Source: Candidatus Saccharicenans sp. (GTDB taxonomy: Bacteria; Acidobacteriota; Aminicenantia; Aminicenantales; Saccharicenantaceae). From it: a stretch of DNA of 64,000 nucleotides. Each line of letters begins with the position of its first letter. Position 1 is the stretch's first letter. The notes under the pieces are model-generated. The model was not told where the DNA came from. It ran no database searches and worked only from the letters and a program-made list of their open reading frames with translations. Where the stretch lies: the NCBI GenBank assembly GCA_049659625.1, contig JBASPX010000049.1:12060-76059 (forward strand), read 5' to 3'. This document shows, piece by piece, positions 19,292-27,358 of this stretch. A program made the translations under genes and the position numbers.

Positions 19292-19604
19292 TATCTCGAA
19301 AAATCACCAGCCTTTATTTTCCTGAAGTATTGTTACCTAAATTTACTGCCCCGTGTCTTTTCCTGTATTTTTTTATTAACAGGAGCAATTAATATATCGT
19401 TTGCTTCATAACCGGTTTTTCAATAAGAACCACTTCTAAAAAATCCAATCTTGACTTTTATTACTAAAAAAATAAACAGAAGGGTTTTTTCAGGAGGGCA
19501 AAAAGGGAAATTTTCATCTACCTCTTCAATTCATTTTCAGGCACCAGCTGGTAATTTTGGACCGCCCGCCAGAAAACAACCCTCATTAATAGAAGGAGTC
19601 ATCA

Positions 19605-22600
19605 ATGTCTGACCTGAAATCCCGTAAGCCAGAGGAAAAGGGTAAGACTCAAAAAACAGGTCCCATCTCCAGAAGAAAATTCCTTTCTTACGCCGGAATC
19701 CTTGGAACCGCACCGATAATCGGCCAGCTGCAGCAGATTCAGAAAAAGGTTCTTCCACAAAAACAGATAGTTCTGCCCCAGGCCGGTCTTTTGCTCAAAG
19801 CCTTCAGACCTGACGACCTGCTGCTTCTTGACTTTGAATTCCTGAACCTTAAACTGATCAACCTGCCGCGTCCACACCTGGTGCGGGAAAACCCGTCGCT
19901 TCCAGCCTACCTTATCGTACACCTTCCCCCTCAGAGCATTGCTGAAGAAGTTTTTTATGAGGCCAGCACTCCGGCTGAATCAGAAACGCCGAAGCCACCG
20001 CCTGTTTTCACCAGAATTTCCGGAGGAAGCCGGCTGGCTTTTTTAATACCCGACGAGATCAAAGAAATTCCCCTGACCCTGGAATCTCTTCTGGCCTGGC
20101 ATCTGTACCAGCCGAGCCTGGTGCCGGTGGCTCAAATTTTCCCCGAGCCGGGACCGAAAACAACTCCGGTCACTCAACTCTCAAAGAGTCGGCCATCTAC
20201 CGCTACCCGCTCACTCCTCACAAATACAGGTCCATCGACTCAGACTCTCTATTTGAAACGGAGTCGGCTCGCCCAGACGCAGGTTGGCACCTCTCTGAGA
20301 GCTTCTCTTAAACCTTCACCGCCGGAGAAACATCAGACCGCCATCGAATTTCCCTACCGGCTGATACTATCGCCCAACCCATACAATGTCTGGCTTCATT
20401 CCGCCGGCAAAGTCTCCACTGCTGGCTGGACTGAACTCTGGCACACCAGACTGGCCGCCCTGAATCCTGACGGCACGGTCAGCGAATCAGAAAGTCCCTA
20501 TCTGGCGGTCAGAGCGGTTTGGTCGCCTGACGTTGACCTGAATAATTTGTCCGGTCCGCCTAAGGAATCAAAACCGCGTCTGTCTTTGAGCCCGAATGAC
20601 CGACATCAGATTGTCCACCTCAGCAGCAATTTCACTCTTAAAAATCCTGACCAGAGTTTCTATGACCCCAGACCGGTTAAAGTCAACAGAATGATGCTCA
20701 GCTCTCTGGGAGCCTGGTTTGATTCTGCCGGCCACTGGAATCCAATGTCTCCTCTGTCGGTTACCACCTGGCAACATTTAGCCACCATTGGACGCGACCA
20801 TTTTGTCAGGGTGGTGTACAAGGGCTATCTTCTGCCGTTCGGACACCGGGCAGCTCTGGTGAAAGAGGTGGAAAGAAAATTTTATAAGTCTAAAGATGGA
20901 CAGAATATAGCTTACCTCTTCCAGAAAGAATACCTGATAATTCGCGATCCCGACAGGATTTTCCCCGCGCCCTTCCAGCCAAATGAAGGTCGGGATCTGC
21001 CTTTTAAGATGGTGAGAATAACCAGTAAAAAGACGCCACCGCTGGACGATCCGGAGAAAACGCCAGTCCTGCCCGACTCCGGGAGAGGCGCTTTCTGGCC
21101 AAAGGTTGGCGGAAAAGATTTTGAATTTCATGTGGTAGCCGTCGACCATGGTGGCCAGGAAATAGAGTTCCGCCTCCCGATGATTTTTATCGATAATGAA
21201 TACGCTTTCAACATCAATAAAATAAAACAGATTACCGGCACCTATAACTCAAAAGTATCGACCTCTCTGGAAAAAAGAAGACCGGCTCTGATGGGTCAGA
21301 GCATTACCTTTGCCCCGGAAAAAAGTAAAGGAGACACCGCTTTCGAAACCTATTACCTGACCTGGAAGTTGGTCGAAGCCGGACCGGGTTCCTCCAGCGA
21401 TGCCTTCCAGCTTCAGGATCAGCCAATGTGCTTCCCGGCACTCGAAGAAGCTGAAATTTCCATACCGGCGCTAAAAAACCTGGTCGGGTTTGAAACCACA
21501 AAGGTTCAATATGTCGAAGCCTACCTAAAAAACGGCTTTTCCTTTGCCGCTAACAAAGGCGAACTTCTTTTCCAGATTCGCTCGCTTCCCCGGGTGAATT
21601 TCGGGTCAGGCGGCAAGGCTGATAAAGCTGGCGGCATTGCCACCCCCAGCTTTTCCGTAGGAGGGCTTTCCAGAACGCTGGGTCCTGTAGGCACGCCGGA
21701 TGTAGACAAAGCGGTCGAAAAAATAATAGATGAGCTCAAGGAAGAACTGGCTTCGCAGCTGCCCGACCCGGAAGAGCTGGAAAAGGTGATCAGGGAGACG
21801 ATCGAAAATGAACTTCGGGAATATCTCCAGGGAATCCTGAACGACCTGCAGGCAGTAGCAAAAAAATTAAAAGACGAGCTTCAGAAAAAGTTTGGACTTG
21901 AAATTAAAGATGAACGCTTAAAAAACATTTTAAACAGCGCTGGCGAAGAACTGAAAAGCGCTTTCAACGAGGCCCTGAACGATATTATCAAGGGCACCTT
22001 CTCCCCCGAAAAATTTTTCAGCAAAGAAGCAAAAATTCTCGGTGGAATTCTGCTTAAAGATATCATCGACGAGGTGAATGATTTCACCGGTTCTGCCGAC
22101 AAAGATAAGGCGCTGAAGATTAAAAACGAGCAGGTTTACGAAAGCGACGGTAAAACTCCAGCCGGTATCAAGACCTTACTCAAATGGACACCTTCTGTCC
22201 ACGACTTTCTGATATTCATTGCCAGCCGCGACGGCGCCAGGTCTAAACTCACGCTCGATGCTGAAGCTATAACCTATTTCAACGGCAAAGAAGCCACATA
22301 CAAGGTCAAAGGCGAGCTGACTGATTTTACCCTGGACCTGATAAAAGGGATAAGCACTTTCATTCTGGTTAAATTCTCAAAATTCACCTTCATCTCCGAA
22401 AAGAGCAAAAAAACTAAAGTCGACCCGAAGATCGCTTCCATTGAATTTCGCGGGCCTTTAAAATTCATCAAAGAACTGCTGGATAAAATCCCGCTGCCCG
22501 GCGGCTTCAGCGGTAACGGCGGTTTCGGCGGACAACCGATAATCAAGGTGGACGCAGCCGGCGCGAAAATGGGTTATGTCCTGGCCATACCTGACGTGGC

Positions 22601-23165
22601 TTTCGGTGTTTTCACCCTGCAGAACCTGAAGTTCAGCGGAGAAATCCAGCTGCCGTTCGCTGGCGACCCGGTTTCTCTCAGGTTTGCCTTTAACGAAAAG
22701 AATAATCCCTTCCTGGTCACTGTTTCCATGTTTGGCGGTGGCGGCTTCTTCGCCATCGTGCTCCAGCCGCACGGAATAAAGCTGATAGAAGGGGCTCTGG
22801 AATTTGGCGGCAGTTTTGCCATGAACCTCGGTGTGGCCAGCGGCGGGGTCACCCTGATGGCCGGAATCTATTTCAAATACGAAGACGATGCCCTGACCCT
22901 CACCGGCTATGTCCGCTGCACCGGCGAGCTGGAGGTGCTGGGACTTATCAGCATCTCGGCTGAATTCTATCTCTCCCTGACCTATGAAGAAGCTGGCAAT
23001 CGGGTCTGGGGTCAGGCTTCTCTGACGGTAAAAGTCAAAGTCATCTTTTTCAGCACAAAAGTCACACTGAAAGTCGAACGCGAGTTCGGACATTCGCCCG
23101 CGCCGCTTTTCTGCGACCTGATGGAAGAGAAAGACTGGCTGGCTTACTGTGAAGCCTTTGCTTGA
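19605..23165 (+). CDS. Giant hypothetical protein 1 (1186 aa): Tat-type leader, central coiled coil, Gly-rich amphipathic-beta C-terminal module; no recognisable family
   Basis: Uninterrupted 3.56-kb ORF with SD AGGAG at 19594..19598 six nt before the ATG. SRRKFLS lies at aa 22-28. I can find no Walker A, HExxH, RHS/YD or tandem Ig-like repeats by eye. Confidence 0.85.
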   Translation: MSDLKSRKPEEKGKTQKTGPISRRKFLSYAGILGTAPIIGQLQQIQKKVLPQKQIVLPQAGLLLKAFRPDDLLLLDFEFLNLKLINLPRPHLVRENPSLPAYLIVHLPPQSIAEEVFYEASTPAESETPKPPPVFTRISGGSRLAFLIPDEIKEIPLTLESLLAWHLYQPSLVPVAQIFPEPGPKTTPVTQLSKSRPSTATRSLLTNTGPSTQTLYLKRSRLAQTQVGTSLRASLKPSPPEKHQTAIEFPYRLILSPNPYNVWLHSAGKVSTAGWTELWHTRLAALNPDGTVSESESPYLAVRAVWSPDVDLNNLSGPPKESKPRLSLSPNDRHQIVHLSSNFTLKNPDQSFYDPRPVKVNRMMLSSLGAWFDSAGHWNPMSPLSVTTWQHLATIGRDHFVRVVYKGYLLPFGHRAALVKEVERKFYKSKDGQNIAYLFQKEYLIIRDPDRIFPAPFQPNEGRDLPFKMVRITSKKTPPLDDPEKTPVLPDSGRGAFWPKVGGKDFEFHVVAVDHGGQEIEFRLPMIFIDNEYAFNINKIKQITGTYNSKVSTSLEKRRPALMGQSITFAPEKSKGDTAFETYYLTWKLVEAGPGSSSDAFQLQDQPMCFPALEEAEISIPALKNLVGFETTKVQYVEAYLKNGFSFAANKGELLFQIRSLPRVNFGSGGKADKAGGIATPSFSVGGLSRTLGPVGTPDVDKAVEKIIDELKEELASQLPDPEELEKVIRETIENELREYLQGILNDLQAVAKKLKDELQKKFGLEIKDERLKNILNSAGEELKSAFNEALNDIIKGTFSPEKFFSKEAKILGGILLKDIIDEVNDFTGSADKDKALKIKNEQVYESDGKTPAGIKTLLKWTPSVHDFLIFIASRDGARSKLTLDAEAITYFNGKEATYKVKGELTDFTLDLIKGISTFILVKFSKFTFISEKSKKTKVDPKIASIEFRGPLKFIKELLDKIPLPGGFSGNGGFGGQPIIKVDAAGAKMGYVLAIPDVAFGVFTLQNLKFSGEIQLPFAGDPVSLRFAFNEKNNPFLVTVSMFGGGGFFAIVLQPHGIKLIEGALEFGGSFAMNLGVASGGVTLMAGIYFKYEDDALTLTGYVRCTGELEVLGLISISAEFYLSLTYEEAGNRVWGQASLTVKVKVIFFSTKVTLKVEREFGHSPAPLFCDLMEEKDWLAYCEAFA

Positions 23166-23179
23166 AAGGGAGGACCACA

Positions 23180-26100
23180 ATGGCAAGGTCAACCATAATG
23201 TGGACTTTGTGTCCGGATGGGGTAAAGGACGGGAAACTGCGGTTTTCAGCCGCAGTCTCCATACGTCTGGAAGATGAAACCGGCGGGAAAACGCCCGGCC
23301 TCCACCTGTTTCCGGAAATTCTCAACTGGCCGGAAACGGTGAAATCCATCAACTTCGGCCTGCTGTATGAAAGGAAAACATCCCCCGAACCGCTCGAAGT
23401 GAAGCGACTCTCCCCCGACCCCGAGCTCGAACTCTGGCAGGCCATTTTCAGACCCGAAGCTCCGGTTTTCAATTTCAAGATGGCCGACCTGAGCAAGAAT
23501 CTGGTGGTATCCTATCCTGTCAGGAACGTCCTCACCTTCGTCGCTTCCCAGTACCTGAACGTGGCTTCCGAGTCGCCGGAAGAACCCCCGCCGATAGAAA
23601 AAGTCTTCCATACCGAAGGCCTGGCTCAAATCAGGCTTAAGCCGATCACCGAACCGAGGTTTGCCCGGACGGTTCAGCTGAGAACCACCACCCAGGTTAT
23701 GGCTCAGGCCGTCAGGCGGGAAGCTGAAAGCCAGAAATTCAGAGCGGTTCAGGTCTCGCCGCTCCCGCAGCCGCCAAAAGATTTCTTCCTGCTCAGAGAT
23801 TTCCACCGCCCGAAGAATAGAATTACCTTCGACCCGAAAACGAAACAGCCAATCGTCAGAAAAGTGCCCATCTCCAGACCGGAAATAGATTTCCATCAGG
23901 CTCTGGCTTTCCTCACCAACTATCCGGCCCTGATGAGACTCCTTGGGCTGGCCCTGGACTTTGAAGTCGACATTCCACCGGATTTTCCGGCGAACGGCTG
24001 GATAAAAATTGTGCCCGGCGACCGCAACGACCAGTGCCCGCGGACCGCTTACAATTTCGACCCGGCCCGCGGTGTGTTTGAAGCCGCAGCCAGAAAGAGG
24101 CCGCCGGAAATTGTCGGAGGATTCTTGAACCTGTCGGATGAGGAGCAGTACGACCTGGTCCAGCTGGATGTGGACTCCGTCGCGCTGAAGACAGCGGAAC
24201 TGGCCGATACGGCCGAGACCAGAACCAGAGCTGAACTTCCGGCTCTGCGCTCGAGCGGACTCGGTGTTGTTCGCCACGAGCAGGGAAAAAACATAGCTGA
24301 AGTTCTGGTCCGGGCGGTTGAGCTCAACAACGATTTCGTCCGAAAGAAAGAAATCACCCTATACGCCGAAGACCTGATTCAGGGTTACCGGGTAGACGTC
24401 TGGGACGAGAAAACAAGAACCTGGCACTCTCTCTGCCAGCGAATCGGAACTTATAAATTCCTCCGGATCGACCGTGAGCTGACACTGGAAGATGAAGGTT
24501 TTATCTCTCCGACCGTCACCCAATCGGCCGATGAATCATCGGACGATATCTTCGCTCATGAAGCGCTTTTTCACTGGGATGGCTGGAGCCTGGTAGCGCC
24601 GCGGCCCGGAAAAACAATCGACCCGAACGACAGCCCGCAATCGATCGAAAACAAAGCGATGACCGATTTCCTGCTGGAAACGAGATTCAAGCCAAAACCC
24701 GGTTCATTGCCGAGATTGCGGTACGGAGTCGGCTACAGGTTGAGAGCCAGGGCGGTGGACCTTGCCGGCAATTCCCAGCCTCTGGAGAATCCCGACGACA
24801 GTTGCGCCATCCCGCCTCCTTCAAAACCTCCCTTTGTTTTCTCCAGGTTCGACCCGGTGCCTTCCCCGCTGGTGATACTCCGGGAGGCGCCCAAAAGTGG
24901 CGAAGACGTCGACCACGTGGTGATTAAAAGCTACAACGACTCCCCGGCGAAAGATGCCGTTCCCACCGATCAGGTAGCTGACCGTCATCTTGCTCCGCCG
25001 AAAATCTCCCAGCTCGACTGTGAATTCCATGGTTTATTTGACAGCCCATCCGGTCTGAAGCCTGAAGTCTACTCTCTTATCTGCCAGAGAGACCCGGGTC
25101 AATTCAAAGAGCTGGAACCGGGTGAGCAGTTAGAACTTCCGTATTTTCCTGATCCCTGGGCTCGAGGCGTCTGCATCAGAGGACTTCCCTACGGGTCGCC
25201 TGACCCGATGCTGATCGAATTCTCCGGAGACTGGTCGGATTTTCGTCCTTTCAGAATAAGACTTCAGGAAGGCAGTCAACCGGCTCGCTGGGACGAAGCA
25301 AAACGTCTTCTGACCATCTATCTTAAAAAAGGCGAATCGGTCACCCTTAAACTCAGCTGCTATTTTCCGGAAAGATTTCTGGCAGTTCAGGGTCTGTACC
25401 GCTGGCTGGAGAAACCGGAAAGGATCATTCCTCAGAAAGTTCTAAAGCCGCCTCGCGGATTGCCCGAAGGCCAGATTCAGGTTTTAAGAACCCTTCAGCC
25501 GCCACGGATAGATCTAAACAAACTCAGGACATTATCCATTCAGGGCCGCAACTGGCTGATGACCCCCTTCCGTGAAATAACTCTCATTCATGCCACACTT
25601 CAGCCTGTCGGCACCCCCCGGTCAAGGTTTATGGCGGCCGAAAGACAGCTCGGCCAGACTTCTGCCGTTCTGTTCGGAGAATTTGAAATCCACGGGCCCA
25701 GCACTTCCAAAGCAGAGCTTCTGGCCTCCTGGCAGGAACCTGTGGATTACATCCACGAGTCCGGCCCCAGAACCATTCAGGGAAAAGCTCATGTGCTCGA
25801 ATTCAAAATTGACCCTGGCATGAATCTTCTTACTTTAACACCCGGAGATCAAGCCAGCACACCCTCTAAGTCCGGGCAGTCTCAACTGCAATTCAAGCCT
25901 CCGGTTACCGCCATGGCCCCGGCCAGACGCCAACCGGTTTACCGTCACGAATTTGGAGATACCAAATTCAGACGGGTAAATTACCGCCTGGTCTGCGCCA
26001 CCAGATACATGGAACAATTTCCCGAGGATGAAATCCCGGAGGGAGTTGAATATGCCAGAACGAGCGACCCGGTGGAAGTTAAAGTGTTGAACACAGCACC

Positions 26101-27166
26101 GCCGGCGATTCCAAAAATCGTCTACATTGTTCCTTCCTTCAAATGGGAGAGAAGCAAGAAAGGCACACAGATTTCAAGCCTGAGAAAGACAGCTCTGCGT
26201 ATTTACCTGGAAAGACCGTGGTATTCGTCGGGTGAAGGGGAACTGCTGGCGGTAATCCTGCCGCCCGGAATAACGGTCACACCCAGGAAGGCAGCCGCCA
26301 CCACTGTCAGTTCCGCCTCCACTGCTCAGACTGCCGGCAAAATTCAACCCCAGATTCAGCGAAAGACGATTCCCTCGGCTGTTTCCATCAGCATACCGCC
26401 GGTGGCTGAAAGGTACAAACCTTATGTAACCATGTGGGGAGCAGACCCCATATGGAAGTCTGGACCGGTTGCCCCTCCTGAATATCCCCTGCCCGACGCT
26501 TTCCCCTCGGCTGTGGAAATAATGGGAGAGCTGCCGCTTCTGGAGTTGCCGGAAGATAGAAAATTCATCGCTGTCGGACACAGGGTTGAATACGACGAAG
26601 AGCGTCGCCTGTGGTTCTGTGACCTGGAGCTCGACTCCGGTCAGGCATATTTCCCCTTCATCAGGCTGGCCCTGGCCAGGTTCCAGCCGAATTCGGTGCC
26701 GGGCGCCCATCTTTCCCAGGTGGTGGTGGCCAATTTTGCCCAGATTCTGCCGGAAAGAAACCTCGTGGTTACCTTCAACCCGGCCAATCTAACACAGATA
26801 AACATAATGCTGTCAGGAGTTTCCTACCTTCAGGGATATGGCGGAAGCGGTCCGGGCGAAGTGGAAGTGGCTTTAGAGAGCAAAAAACTGAATCTCCCGG
26901 ATGAACTCGGCTGGGAACCGGTAAAAGAAGCTGTGATTACCCTGAAACCTCAGAGGGACGGAGGAGCCGAGGCTGGCTCGTTCACCTGGCAGGGAACTCT
27001 CAAGATTCCTTCCGGACTTAAACCGCAGGATTATAGAATAACCATCCGCGAATACGAGCTTTTTGACACCGACGAAATCGATAAGACGACCATAACTGTC
27101 GCTGCTGTTCCTAAAAAATATAGAAGATTGGTTTATGCCGAAACCATAAAGCTTGTCGACCTGTAA
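23180..27166 (+). CDS. Giant hypothetical protein 2 (1328 aa): Pro-rich, no signal peptide, no recognisable family; translationally coupled to protein 1
   Basis: ATG 23180 is preceded by GGGAGG (23168..23173) and lies 14 nt after the stop of the upstream gene. The track start at 23162 is a TTG inside the upstream gene's end. The ORF is an uninterrupted 3.99 kb. Confidence 0.85.
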   Translation: MARSTIMWTLCPDGVKDGKLRFSAAVSIRLEDETGGKTPGLHLFPEILNWPETVKSINFGLLYERKTSPEPLEVKRLSPDPELELWQAIFRPEAPVFNFKMADLSKNLVVSYPVRNVLTFVASQYLNVASESPEEPPPIEKVFHTEGLAQIRLKPITEPRFARTVQLRTTTQVMAQAVRREAESQKFRAVQVSPLPQPPKDFFLLRDFHRPKNRITFDPKTKQPIVRKVPISRPEIDFHQALAFLTNYPALMRLLGLALDFEVDIPPDFPANGWIKIVPGDRNDQCPRTAYNFDPARGVFEAAARKRPPEIVGGFLNLSDEEQYDLVQLDVDSVALKTAELADTAETRTRAELPALRSSGLGVVRHEQGKNIAEVLVRAVELNNDFVRKKEITLYAEDLIQGYRVDVWDEKTRTWHSLCQRIGTYKFLRIDRELTLEDEGFISPTVTQSADESSDDIFAHEALFHWDGWSLVAPRPGKTIDPNDSPQSIENKAMTDFLLETRFKPKPGSLPRLRYGVGYRLRARAVDLAGNSQPLENPDDSCAIPPPSKPPFVFSRFDPVPSPLVILREAPKSGEDVDHVVIKSYNDSPAKDAVPTDQVADRHLAPPKISQLDCEFHGLFDSPSGLKPEVYSLICQRDPGQFKELEPGEQLELPYFPDPWARGVCIRGLPYGSPDPMLIEFSGDWSDFRPFRIRLQEGSQPARWDEAKRLLTIYLKKGESVTLKLSCYFPERFLAVQGLYRWLEKPERIIPQKVLKPPRGLPEGQIQVLRTLQPPRIDLNKLRTLSIQGRNWLMTPFREITLIHATLQPVGTPRSRFMAAERQLGQTSAVLFGEFEIHGPSTSKAELLASWQEPVDYIHESGPRTIQGKAHVLEFKIDPGMNLLTLTPGDQASTPSKSGQSQLQFKPPVTAMAPARRQPVYRHEFGDTKFRRVNYRLVCATRYMEQFPEDEIPEGVEYARTSDPVEVKVLNTAPPAIPKIVYIVPSFKWERSKKGTQISSLRKTALRIYLERPWYSSGEGELLAVILPPGITVTPRKAAATTVSSASTAQTAGKIQPQIQRKTIPSAVSISIPPVAERYKPYVTMWGADPIWKSGPVAPPEYPLPDAFPSAVEIMGELPLLELPEDRKFIAVGHRVEYDEERRLWFCDLELDSGQAYFPFIRLALARFQPNSVPGAHLSQVVVANFAQILPERNLVVTFNPANLTQINIMLSGVSYLQGYGGSGPGEVEVALESKKLNLPDELGWEPVKEAVITLKPQRDGGAEAGSFTWQGTLKIPSGLKPQDYRITIREYELFDTDEIDKTTITVAAVPKKYRRLVYAETIKLVDL

Positions 27167-27174
27167 ACCGGATT

Positions 27175-27358
27175 AAAGCTTGAGAGATTCTGTCAGTAAA
27201 GACCTGCAGCCAGAAAAAGCCAGCTCGATGATCTTAAATGCCAGCGCGCAGGGTAAAGTAATTTTTTGCCTTCAGAAGCTTCCGCTTTCAGATTTCATCC
27301 TGAAAATGTCTCTAAAATCCAGTCGCCTGCCCGAACCGTAGAATAACTCTCAAGCTTT
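27175..27358. repeat. 12-bp perfect inverted repeat (AAAGCTTGAGAG ... CTCTCAAGCTTT) bracketing the convergent intergenic spacer
   Basis: Left arm at 27175..27186, 9 nt after the giant gene 2 stop. Right arm at 27347..27358, overlapping the photolyase stop codon. About 160 nt lie between the arms. Confidence 0.5.

Noticed and set aside
19540-19554. Sigma-54-like element GGCACcagctGGTAa upstream of giant gene 1
   Set aside because: The -24 GGCAC is there, but the -12 position reads GGTA instead of TTGC/TGC at the required spacing. It does not fit TGGCAC-N5-TTGC.
22458-24277. Long minus-strand ORFs (244 aa at 22458..23192, 343 aa at 23246..24277, plus 102 aa at 24049..24357) inside the giant-gene pair
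   Set aside because: They lie entirely antisense to the much longer uninterrupted + strand ORFs. Their products are Arg/Gly/Ser-rich low-complexity sequences typical of shadow frames, and they lack SD sequences.
19605-27166. Giant pair as Tc/ABC toxin, RHS/YD polymorphic toxin, RTX, large repetitive adhesin, or phage tail/eCIS module
   Set aside because: There are no YD/RHS repeats, GGxGxD nonapeptides, tandem Ig/cadherin-like repeats or PAAR/sheath/tube/baseplate neighbours. There is also no C-terminal toxin-immunity arrangement. None of these models is supported by anything visible in the sequence.
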